From positions 1-25,717 of the forward strand of contig RHPI01003053.1 of assembly GCA_009103225.1 (NCBI GenBank): a stretch of 25,717 nt of DNA, written 5' to 3'. The position numbers and the translations under genes were made by a program. Below the pieces are notes generated by a model, which was not told the origin of the DNA, made no database searches, and was given only the letters and a program-made list of their open reading frames with translations. This stretch comes from Chlorokybus atmophyticus. Its lineage: Eukaryota > Plantae > Mesostigma and Chlorokybus algae. Positions 1 to 10,988 of this stretch are shown here, piece by piece (positions within the stretch are counted from its first letter, which is position 1; every line of letters begins with the position of its first letter).

Positions 1-2198
1 CACCATGCCTTGTATCAACAATTGCCAATGATTCCCAGGGTTGATGCGCTGGTCAAACACGCGCGGTTTTGCGGTGAGCTGCGGAGCTTTGATATCTTAC
101 CGATGCAGGTAGGCAGTGTTGTAGTGAAACATAGATTGGAAGCTGCGGATTAACGCTGAGAGAAATGCAACGTTTGAGTTAATATTAGCTTGGCCGGTAA
201 CCGTACTCGTATGGGTACATGTCGCATTTCATACCCATTATATCAATTGGTTGAGTTCACAATACATCAAAGTAAATTTCGGGAGGATTGCCGACTCCGT
301 TATCAAACCGGTTTAATTATAACCACGGTCAACTACTCAATCAGTTGACCGTAGTAAATTATTTACTGCGCCCGCTGCGGCAGGCCGCGATTGCCAGACA
401 GCCGCCAAAGTTGCGAGTCCCGCCGATTTCCTTGCCAAAATTGCGCATAACTTCTAACACAAGTGTCCGAAAATCACAAAATTACTTTTACGTTGTATTG
501 CTCGAATTACTACAACTTGATATAAGCATTGCTATAATGAATGCATTACGATTTTAGAGATACACCGCGGCCAAAAAAGTCCGATATTTGGTATCTCAAA
601 AAAAACATATATGCAGAAGAGTATCGTAGTCAGCGTAGTATTAATAATAAACTATAAAACCGTCACACCTCGAGGCGAAATTTGCTGTCATGAGTGGTGC
701 ACCCCTCATGGCAGCGAATTTTGATGCCATGACCCCAGTGGGTTGTTACACGCAGGGCGTAGTTGGTGCGACCTAACCTAGCAATGGCACGGCAAATGCG
801 GGCGATGCGATGCATCCGCAAGGACAGGGGGCGAGCGGTGACGTGACCGCTGCGCCCCAAGGCTCCAGCTGTGCTAAAGAGGCGACAAGCGAGGCTTTCA
901 TCGATGCAAGAGGCTGCAACTTTTGCTTTGGCTTCAATCAGAGCTCCGACGCTAGTCAGGACGGGGCGTGGGGCTGCGATGGTTGAGGACGCGCAACCAA
1001 CTGCGAAAGGGGGAGCGGGGGAATTTTCCTGAAGGTACGGCCTCGCAGCGGGGCCCATCTGCGCCTCAAGGGCTAGTCACGGCGGGGAGAGTGCGAAGAA
1101 CATGCTATGTGTAATATGCACTTGGCGTCTTCACACGATGCACCGCCTCTCACATACTCTGACTCAGTTATGAGGGCGTGACGTGTCCATTTCATGCATA
1201 GCGGAAAGGACTCGTGACTTGATGCGTCCCACCGTGTTGTGTCGTCGGCATTGCATTGCGGCTTGCTCAAGCAGACAAATAACCAATCATAAAGGCGTAG
1301 AGCTTGCTTGCTTATTCACCTGACGCAAATCGTCCACACTATGCGTTGTCCACAATCACTCCGCCGACACGATGCCCAGTCGCTGCTCCAAGCGTGCAGG
1401 TCCACGGCTCGCAAGCTGACGTCGAGGCGCTATATGCAATTCCCTTCCAATGGTGGCACAAGCCAGGTGTTTGCTCAATTGTTGGGAGCGTCACTGTCTA
1501 CCATGGCTTGTGACCTTTAGCTGAGCAGGCTGCTGCATGCCAATAACCCGCCCTGCTTTAAACATTGCTTACGGTATCAACGACTACGCCAGGGGCGCCA
1601 AGAGCAACAACAACAAGGGCGATGAGGCCGCCATGCTCAAAGATATGGAGAGGGAGGTCGTTTCTGACTGGCCCATGCCTGCTGCCAAGCGGCCAGTTTA
1701 AGCTCAGCTGACTGGCTCTTCGGTGGGGGAGGCAGCTGTCGCATCGCCGTTGAGACAGCCGGCGGCGGCAAGTGGGCTTTCTGTAGTCTGGTCACTTGTG
1801 CATGCGGCACTGCGTGGCACGTCCAGTGCCTCACATAGACAAGCTCAGCTCCTCAGCAGCGTTTGTTGTTGAGGAGCTTCGCAGCAGGCCCTTGCGCTGC
1901 TCGACCAATTGGCTTGCTGCTCAACATGCGTTGCCAAAGCAAAGCAAGTACCACTCTACACTGTGGTGCACGTACACGTAGGCCTATTCTCGATTCGAGG
2001 CTCAAGCACGCCGGGCCGGCCTGGGGAGGGACGCAGTACGGGCAAGCGGCCTTAGGAATCTGTCTGCCAGTAGCACGGATGAAGCGCATGCGACCTGGCT
2101 TTCTTTATTTTGACATGTTGTTTCGCTACATGTGTCCGCATGTTGAGCAGCGACCCCATTGGCCGAGCAGCGCAACAGGCGAAAGCTCCTCAGCAACG

Positions 2199-2370
2199 CA
2201 CGGCGTAATCTGGGCATCACGCCTGATGTCGCGCGGAGGCGGCCAAGCCAAATAAGTACGTACTAGGCTATATGCCCACTGTACCTGTAGTACCTCCAAG
2301 ATCCAAGGAAAGCGGCCTTTATACATGTAGACTTAGGTAGCCTACGGCGTGTTGCCCAGATTACGCCGTG
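2199..2370. repeat. 25-bp inverted repeat pair enclosing about 120 bp (MITE-like), upstream of the host gene
   Basis: CACGGCGTAATCTGGGCATCACGCC (2199-2223) matches the reverse complement of 2346-2370 at 24/25 positions. No TSD found. Confidence 0.55.
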
Positions 2371-2530
2371 GGGTGCACTTGCTCGCTTGTCGGGAATCCA
2401 ATATCTCAAGGGTAAAAAGGCCTGGCTTTCTGCACTTGTGACTACCGCTGTTGTCGCGGCCACTCCGCTCGCCCGCCTCGCCTACCGTCCCGCAAAGCTC
2501 AGCCGCTCCTGAGTGCTAGCGGACAATCTG

Positions 2531-2636
2531 GTAAGAGTGTGTGTGTGTGTGTATGTGAGTGTGAGAGTGTACATGTGGTCGCTCAGTCCTGTGTCCACCT
2601 GCAGCTTTTACTTACTCTGCGTTGGTCTCAGTGCAG
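2531..2636 (+). other. Probable 5' UTR intron of the downstream gene
   Basis: Donor CTG|GTAAGA at 2531, GT-rich body, acceptor TGCAG ending at 2636, one base before the ATG at 2638. Confidence 0.55.
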
Positions 2637-2637
2637 G

Positions 2638-4250
2638 ATGGCCTCTCGATGGCGTTGTGCTCCGCAAGTCTTTGCGCTGCTGTGGACGCTCCTGTGCGTG
2701 CTGCTGTTGTCGCTGCCGGTCACATCAGCTGCAGTCTGTGGCAACGACAACTGTATATGCAACTGCAACAACCTCTGCAACCGTGTCTCCCTATATTGTG
2801 GCTGCACAGGCGATTGTCCCAAACCGACACAAGACTGTGTAGGCGGGGGTTGCGGCGTCAATTGCATGCCTGGCAACGGCATGTGCACTTCATCCGGAGG
2901 CGCACTCCCCTGCACCTGCACCGCCTCCCACGGCGACCCTCACCTCACTGGCTTCCAGGGGCAGCGCTTTGACTTTCAGGGCGTCCGGGGCCTCCCGCAA
3001 TCGAACTACGCCTTTCTATACGACCCAACCTCCCGCATCTGGGTCGGCGTCACGCTCGTCTCCAGGCCCCTTCAACAAGCTGCAGATGGTAGCCCCTTGT
3101 GGGTGACCGTCATCCAAGCCATTGGCGTCTCTGTGCCTGCTGCAGCTGCCATTGGAAACAACTCCGCTGGCACCTTCAAGCGCGACCACCACATCATCAT
3201 CCGGGTATGTATGTCCGGGCAGCTGCATGCAACACTGTGCCGCTCTCGCTGTGCATGCACATGCACCTGCGCTGTTCTGTGTTCTCACAGCCACCGACAT
3301 GGCAGGTAGGCGCGACTGCCTCTGCTGCTGAGGGCCACGACAGTCTTTTGGTGGCCGAGTTTGAAGATGGCACGCGTATAGACTCCTCAGTTAAAACTGC
3401 CGACTATGAACTCATCCGTCTGGAGGTGCGAGCGTGCACGTGTTGTTTGCAAACTGTTATGTTGTCACTGTGTGCTGACGCCAGCTGAGTTTCCTTGACA
3501 GGACAAAGTTGTTGCCATTAAGTTTGTGAACATTGCTTTCTCCGTCGTGGCGAGTCTCGCAGCCCGGCGCACGTCACCATACCTGAACTTGGGCTTCCAA
3601 GGACCAGGGTAAGTTCTCCCCCTGTCTTGCTATCTATCAACACTCTTGTACTGCAACGCTGTTGGCTTTTCTCTCTGCATATCCTAGCCCATGCTGAACT
3701 CGGCTCTCAATTGCCCTCGCAGCTTGTCTCAGCACACTCATGGCGTCATGGGTGAGTGCAAACGGCCTTGGATGACCTCGAACTGTTGTTAGTAGTGGTC
3801 ATCATGTGCACATGCTGCCCCTTGTGTGATGGTATGATGCTGTTGAAAGTATTGGATGTATCCCTGATCCGTGGCATTTGTATGCAGGTCAAACAGTCCA
3901 CACCTGGTACAATGCAAGTGGCAGTGAAGAGTATGGACATGCGTATGGTCCGAATGGTCACTTCAGTGGCAAACCCTCTGATTACAGTACGTACCTTGCA
4001 TTCGTCATAACTATTTTGCATGCATGAATGTACTGTAACGTTAACTTTGCTGCAGCAGTCAATGATATGTGCATGTTCTGCAGTGATCAAGCACTTGTTC
4101 GATGTGGATTCGTTTGAACAACACCTTCCGGAGCTTGAGTTGGAAGAATCTGTCAAGAACAAGTACGTAGCGAAAGACAAGTACGCTGGGGTTGCACACC
4201 ATCCCGCCGATGTTGATGCTAACAAGGAAGGTGCTCGTGATGATGAGTGA
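2638..4250 (+). CDS. Secreted Cys-rich root-cap/LEA-related (VWD-like) protein, 367 aa; join(2638..3204,3291..3425,3502..3608,3723..3751,3888..3986,4084..4250)
   Basis: All five introns are GT..AG with matching phases (0,0,2,1,1). Exons total 1104 nt and stay in frame to TGA at 4248-4250. The protein has a hydrophobic signal-peptide-like N-terminus (VFALLWTLLCVLLLSLPVTSA), a Cys-rich segment, then GDPHLTGFQGQRFDFQG and C-terminal THGVMGQT...DY..KHLF, motifs typical of plant/algal root-cap-type proteins. Confidence 0.8.
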
Positions 4251-4636
4251 CCAGCATTTTCTGCTTCAAGCATACGTGAGTAGTGTGTTGAGCACAATGT
4301 AGTGCATGTTGTAGCATGCTAGGTGGGGATCTTCCTTACGAAATAGATATCGGAAGATAGTACTGTGAAACCTTCGCGCAGCAGCTGCAACACCCTTGTA
4401 CATATACACATGCATCCCACCCATACTTGCAGACATAGCCTTGAACACGGCTTTGCCAAGACTCCCAGTCAGTTTGTAGTTGAACTGACTGTGTGTATAT
4501 TGCTACTCTAACACGTGTTTCTCACCGATGCATGCCTCAACCGGCATGATATATGTGCATGGTACTTTGGTCTGCGTGCACATGTATCTTTGTGCATGCA
4601 TGTATTGTCTCTGCATGGTTTTGCCCGCTGGCGGGC

Positions 4637-4832
<196 letters not shown>

Positions 4833-7379
4833 NCATGTAGATGCCCGCGCTTGCGCGCGTGTGCACACGCATGCAAGTCTGCAAGTCTGTGTCCTCATGC
4901 GATTGGAACAGTGTTGTGCTCGTTAGCAACGCACGCATGCATATCTCTTTTGCCTGCGAGTGTGCATACCTGCGCTGTATTCCACTGGGCAAGCAGGGAG
5001 GTGAGGTAGGGCGAGAGTATGTGAGCGACTGCTATGCATATGGTTCTTGAGCAATCCCATGACGTTTTTTTCAGAGGCTGTGTCATACTCAAATCTGATA
5101 TCAAAGTGCTGCTAATCAACTGCGTATAAGAAACCGACTACAGAAGATTGTACCAGACTAGACGTACTCGCCGCACTTGCCCACAACGAGAAAATCTGCT
5201 TGGCTCGTCTAACCCCGCCGTGAAATACCAAACTTGTACGCTTCTGCAGTTTACAGCCATATATACAATCAGAACAACATGAACACATAAACACTTGCAC
5301 TCACCATCTGCGCGTGTGCGCGCGCGCATGTTGCCTCCTCTTGCACTGGTAACGATGTTGCAGCAGCACTCACGACCAGAACCCTGCAACGGGAAACGGG
5401 ATGCTCAAAGCTGCAAGCAAACCATGCATGCATGCATATGCTAATGCTGCTACGCTCGTGCCCTGACCTGCTGTTTAGCGCGTCCGGCCCGTCTTTTTGC
5501 CGTGTAAGTGTCGTTGAACCCATTGCATAGTGCAGAAGTGACGTACGATCCACCCGTAACGGGACTTTGTCATCCTCGCAGACCCAACGCCTATCTCCCT
5601 GGCATGGACCTGCCAGTAGCTTTGCAACTTGCAAAGCTATTGGCAGGTTCACAGGTATGGGCCATACCTGGGGTTGTGTTGCTGCCGTTCGCTGCAAGCT
5701 CAGTCTCTGGCAGCGCCAACGCCATGTAGAAGTACAGCAAAAAGACTGCAATGTACGGCGAGCAAGGGTGAGAGGTGTGCTCGGCAGCAATGAAAGGGCA
5801 TTGTTTTTGACAATGCAAAAGACTAGCGCTCGGTGCAGCTCTCATGCAGCGAGCTCACCTGGCACAGAGTGATTGGTACAGATGCACTCCTTGTGGTTGC
5901 GCATCCAAAGCAACAATCGAATGGGAGATTTCAGGGAAATCACAGCTAACCAATCCTGTTGGAATACAATTATTGTCAAAGGATGCCGTGCAAGCTTGTG
6001 CACTGCATTGTTCCAGGCTACATGAACAGAGCCAACTAATCGATGACACTCAATGCCAGTGTCTGTCAATGCTATAGGTTATGGTATCTTTGACGAGTTC
6101 ATAGCACAAAGTCTACTGGTGCACGCAGACACTGGGGAAAGCAAGCCGATTTGCCGCCATTGAAAGACAAAGCATGCATGCAACTAACACTAAGCTTGCT
6201 GGCAACACCTACGCACGTGCTAACCCATGCCTTAGCCGTCAGTAGTCAACTATANCCAGTAACTGTAAAAAACAGCAAGCAACATGATCACTTAGGAAGC
6301 AAAGCGTCAACAACGAAGCCAGCAAGCACAAGCACTCCAACAACTAACGTTAACGTGTACAGCTAGTTGAGCAGCAAGCAACTTCCAACAAGGGCAGCAG
6401 CAAGCATACGATTGTTACCAATAGAACTTTTAACTTTGTGACAAAGCTACTGCGCCATTAGTACATATGGCTATGTGCTACAGCTAGCTTAGCAGCAAGC
6501 AACTCTCAACCAATCTGGTTTATATATGGCTTGCTGCTTAGCTATATATATATGCTTCCAGCTGTATGCATATAGCTGGAAGCATATTGCATGCACCTCG
6601 GTTGAGCTGAAAGCATACAGGCAACAATGAAACAAACCTAGCAAGCAATCTTTGTTTCTACTTGAGCCCGCATCAGATCTTTGATTACAAGTTCAAGGCA
6701 AGAATATTAGTGTACAGGATACCTTCATGGTCAAACAGACAAACTACACAGCACGACTGTTGCTAAGATGCCTAGCAGGCAGCAACTATGGCATCCACGC
6801 AAGCCACTGAGGGGGAAGGGATTGAGCTAGAGCCCGCGCAATAAACGGAATTACCTCTCCATGAGGAGTGATAAGAACTGCCACTCACTCCTCCCGAGCA
6901 CGAACAGTCATGGCCTTGAGAACACCCGCTGGGGGGAGGCGTGGCCGTAGCAAAGAGAGCAACGGGAACACCAAAGGCACCACGGTGCCAGAGGGCGCAC
7001 TGCTCCCGATACCTGTGACAGATGGCCCGGGAGGGACGCTGTGCTCACCCCGAATAATACTAAAGGAATTAAGAGATCAACAATCACCCCGAACGAGGTA
7101 AAGAGAGCGGCGACCCAAGCCCTTAGAGCTGAGGCAGCCGGGCATTGCACAAAGATATGCAAGGTAATCTCCACCGTCCAAGAGCCACAAGTCATACGCG
7201 AAGGGACAGCGTCTAGGTGCTGCAAGCTTTTGCCCGTGTTGAGGGCGTCGTGGGCACTGCCTTTGAATGCGCCACAAGAGATTGCATTGATTGCCAGGAA
7301 TGGAGAGTTTGTGCATGGTCTTCCAGATGCGGTCAAGGAAGTGCGGGCTGGAGAAAAGCCCAGCGTTTCAAACCACGCA

Positions 7380-7797
7380 TGTCACGCGGTACTAAATACA
7401 AATAAATAAAATCATTAACACTTGACGCCTCTCCGCATTGTAGCGCTTTGCTACGATGACATAGTGGTTGTTACATCGGTATCTGGAGCTTGGGGTATAA
7501 GTTCGAACCTCACTGCATGCGGATGGGCGAGAAGGGCGACCATACTTGATTTTTTCGGCCATCAGGTCGAAGCGCGGGTCGCACCACGCGAGGCTGCGCG
7601 CTAAGTGGTGTGGCCTTGGTACCTTGCCGTTACAGGCTCTGTTGGGCGCAACTTCCGTACACGGGATGCGGACAGGTCGCCGTGGGTTAACGCCGGGAAT
7701 GTCACGCGATATCAAATACAAATAGATAAATGTCATAAATCCTTGACGCCTCTCTTCATCGTAGCGCTTTTGCTATGATGATCTAGTGGTTGTTACA
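7380..7797 (+). mobile_element. TRIM (terminal-repeat retrotransposon in miniature), 418 bp
   Basis: Direct repeats 7380-7475 (96 bp) and 7700-7797 (98 bp), roughly 80% identical by eye, each running TGTCAC...GTTACA (TG..CA). Exact 5-bp TSD ACGCA at 7375-7379 and 7798-7802. Degenerate iMet-type PBS (CGGTATCTGGAGC vs TGGTATCAGAGC) just after the 5' LTR. Only a short purine run (GGGAA) precedes the 3' LTR. The 224-bp interior is non-coding. Confidence 0.85.
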
Positions 7798-7944
7798 ACG
7801 CACCAATTGCACAGCAGGGCGTGTGAGAAGATGGTAGTCGAGGCGGGAGTAGTCCCACAGCTGGTGGGGCGACTCTCCGAAGTTTCCCCTGGCCAGCAAG
7901 CTGAGTCCGAGTCGCAATGCTCTAAAAGCAACAAAATTACAAGG

Positions 7945-8258
7945 TGCATCTAACTCAATAAGGTGGAGAGACTGGGCGGACACCTGGAGGTAGCGGATAG
8001 GCCAGGCGTGGCTTCAAAGTAAGACGGGAAAAGGTGTGCACATGGTGGAGCTGAAAGAGGTCCTTCATGTTCCGGGTGCACATGCTAGCCTCTTCTCCAT
8101 GACGGTCGCATTGAAGACTGAGCCAAACTGTCAAGAAAAGGAGAAGAATTTTCGTCTTTATATTAATTACATCGCGAGAGAACAGCAAGGAGGGCTTTAT
8201 CTAATATGAGCGGCAGAGACTAACGAGGCATTGATGGTAATAGCCCCAAAGTTAGCTG
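7945..8258 (+). pseudogene. Ty1/Copia-like protease and pre-integrase linker remnant
   Basis: With frameshifts it reads IRW(R)D-GGHLEVA-IGQAWLQSKTGKGVHMVELKEVLHVPGAHASLFSMTVA...QQGGLYLI*. This fits the Copia pattern GDG..L.V.G.G.V.L...V.L.DVL.VP...NL.S...GLY.L. No intact DSG catalytic motif was recognised. Confidence 0.65.
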
Positions 8259-8259
8259 A

Positions 8260-10230
8260 ACAAGAAGGAGCGGGTGGTGTCATACGCTAGCCGGAGCAAT
8301 AACAGCGCCGAGGCCAACTACAGCATCTTCGAGGGCGAGTGCCTCGCTGCAGTATGGGTCATCTCCTTCTTTCGGCCCTTCCTCTTCCGCCGACATTTTC
8401 AGTTGATTATTAACTATCAGCCACTCAAGTGGTTGATGAGTAACCAGCACTTGATAGGCAAACTTGCCCAATGGGCACTGTTGCTATAGGCATACGACTT
8501 TGAAATTGATCATCGCGCTGGCATCACCAATCAAGACTCCAATGGGCTTAGCTGTACCCCCCACCTCAGCACTGACCAACGATGCAACGGGAGCTCGACA
8601 CGAGCTCGGTCGCGCAATTGTAGCCCCTACAATGGCTGCCATGTTTGCTGTCCCGCGCTGCGCTCGGGGCGCAAGACCAACACCGCTGCTACAGTCAACG
8701 TAGAGGAGATACCTGCCTCTGAGCCAACCAGCTCTGCAGAAAACGCAAGAGACGCTCGCGTCGTCGACGCCAAGATCGATGACACAGAGCTGGCACTCAC
8801 GGACATCAGATAGTACATATGGCTGGACAATCCATCATTCTCTTTCCTGCAAAGTGGCATAAGTGCGCGCGAGAAGGATCGCGTTAACCAGCGCATGCAG
8901 CAATTCCGGTGGGCAGATGACAAGCTGTATCGTCGTCTTCATGGTGAAGACAAATAAGTGCCTACACAAGCGACACGTGAAGGCATCATTGCTGCCCTCC
9001 ACACCGAGTTGAGACATTTCGGTGTCAAACGGACAGTCAGTCTGGTGTGAGCACAATATTAGTGGCATCGGTTGTACAAGCAAGTGCAGGTATATGTGAG
9101 CCGCTGCCAACAGTGTGACATGGTGCGCGCCAGCCTTGACGCACGCAGCGCCACTCCGCACTCTCTCCCCATCTTCGGCCTCTTCTATCGATGGGGGCTC
9201 GACATCTTAGGAGACTTGTCACCTTTGGCACGCGGCAAACGTTATATCCTTGTGATGATTGAGCACTTCTTTAAACGGGCGGAGTTGATGCCATTGCCTG
9301 GCAATAGCGGGAGGGGGGTGTTTCAAGCCTTCATCTCCCACGTCCTCAGCCGGTTTGGCAGCTGCGCTGAGGTTATCACCGACCAAGGCACTGAGTTCAG
9401 AGGGGAGTTTTACACCCTCTTGGACAGATGCTACATCGACCATTGCCGTACCTCACGTGACCACCCTCAAGCCGATGGCCTCGCCGAGCATACAGTGCAG
9501 ACAATCAAGAAGGCACTCCGCATGTACGTGCTTGAGTATGAGGAAAACACCTGGGATGACCACCTCCCGTGGGTGGCTCTTGGGTATCAACTGTCAAAGC
9601 AAGCAGCACTGCGCGAGTACAACCTATATTATTTGATGTTCGGGCGACAGCCATCGCTTCCCTGCCATGCACAGCAGGAGGTAAATCGAGTGGTGAACAA
9701 CCTCAATGACCCCAATTGGATGCACCACGACATTACAACGCGTGCGGCTCTGTTTGAGCGCACCATCCCAATGGCTTTCAACAACTTGCGCATCGCGCAG
9801 CACGGTAACACGCTGCCCTACGAGGGCGTGCGCAGTAGTGATGTCCATAAGGACCGACAGCGTTGGCTCCAGGCAGGAGACTTTGTCTACCGCATGGAAG
9901 CCACCCACGACACACTTGAGACCTCTGTTGGCGAACTGTTTACAAGGTACTGAAACCACAGATGTTCTGGACCTCCTCGGCCAAAATAGCCAAAGGTTGA
10001 AGGACAACATGGTGAACTGCGCGCCCTATCACCCTATACATAGCTGGGTCCGTGCATATCACCCTCGCCCCACGCGAAGCACACACTGTGAGCGCTGTGG
10101 CAGTGCCGACGACGACCCATAAATAATGCTCTGCGATAACTGCAACAAAGGGCTGCACTACTATTGTTTGGAGCCCCCAATAGATGCAGTGCCCATGGAG
10201 GAGTATTGGTGCGGTGACTACCGCGCCAAC
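8260..10230 (+). pseudogene. Decayed Ty3/Gypsy pol fragment (RNase H - integrase - PHD), same clade as the intact minus-strand element
   Basis: RH: VVSYASRSNNSAEANYSIFEGECLAAVW...KWLM. IN zinc finger: LHTELRHFGVKRT...CQQCD. IN core: WGLDILGDL / ITDQGTEF / HPQADGLAE. PHD remnant at 10087-10221: CERC...MLCDNC....LHYYCLEPP...W.CGDY. In-frame stops at 8487, 8811, 8955, 9048, 9060 and 10120, and a frameshift near 9945. Confidence 0.95.
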
Positions 10231-10296
10231 GGACCTCCACACTTGCGTTATGAGCTCATCTCTAAAGCTTGGACCTCCTAGAAGCTAAAAGGGGGG

Positions 10297-10671
10297 NNNN
10301 NNNNNNNNNNNNNNNNNNNNNNNNNNNNNNNNNNNNNNNNNNNNNNNNNNNNNNNNNNNNNNNNNNNNNNNNNNNNNNNNNNNNNNNNNNNNNNNNNNNN
10401 NNNNNNNNNNNNNNNNNNNNNNNNNNNNNNNNNNNNNNNNNNNNNNNNNNNNNNNNNNNNNNNNNNNNNNNNNNNNNNNNNNNNNNNNNNNNNNNNNNNN
10501 NNNNNNNNNNNNNNNNNNNNNNNNNNNNNNNNNNNNNNNNNNNNNNNNNNNNNNNNNNNNNNNNNNNNNNNNNNNNNNNNNNNNNNNNNNNNNNNNNNNN
10601 NNNNNNNNNNNNNNNNNNNNNNNNNNNNNNNNNNNNNNNNNNNNNNNNNNNNNNNNNNNNNNNNNNNNNNN
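10297..10671. other. Scaffold gap (375 N) flanked by G runs
   Basis: N run with GGGGGG on the left and G12 on the right. Confidence 0.99.
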
Positions 10672-10685
10672 GGGGGGGGGGGGCG

Positions 10686-10988
10686 TGTTAACTGTGTGCC
10701 TTACAGCACAACATGTGCACCATGGTGGAGCACCACTCCACACTGAGTTATCTTTTGGTGGTTTATCTTTAGCTTTGGCTAACACTGCAAGACATGCTAC
10801 AGCATGCTGCAGTAGCATGTCTAGCAAGCATGACTCTATCGTCAGCTGTCCAGGACAGCGTAATCTTTGACTCTCTTCGGCCCGACAAGTCAGTGAAGTG
10901 CTGCAACGGCTATCCAAATGCACATGACATATCCTTAACTCTGTAATAAATTGGCCTTCATATAACTGCATAAATGTGATATGTAACA
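10686..10988 (+). mobile_element. Candidate 3' LTR (303 bp) of the decayed Gypsy element
   Basis: Follows AAAAGGGGGG (10287-10296) and the G run (10672-10683), which resemble a PPT. Starts TGTTA and ends TAACA (5-bp terminal inverted repeat, TG..CA). AATAAA at 10945-10950. No second copy in the window to confirm it. Confidence 0.5.

Noticed and set aside
663-2100. Several 60-130 aa ORFs and exon-like GC-rich patches
   Set aside because: No recognisable motif, and no consistent splice chain could be built.
5140-5845. Possible small secreted Cys-rich gene on the minus strand (IAVFLLYFYMALALP...CEPANSFASC...|GSGRECCC)
   Set aside because: Two in-frame stops and no convincing intron to remove them; no recognisable family. 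At most a pseudogene.
7380-7389. LTR start TGTCACGCGG equals part of the eukaryotic tRNA-Asp anticodon arm
   Set aside because: Only 10 nt, and the flanks do not continue the tRNA.
7831-7900. Armadillo-repeat-like peptide VVEAGVVPQLVGRL
   Set aside because: Single short motif with no further repeats, inside retroelement debris.
7783-8030. Minus-strand peptides (LPPGVRPVSPP; IEL...ALRLGLSL...SP) resembling the start of the DNMT region of the intact element
   Set aside because: The FGG motif is absent, and the plus strand over much of this interval matches a Copia protease pattern much better, so the similarity is treated as chance.
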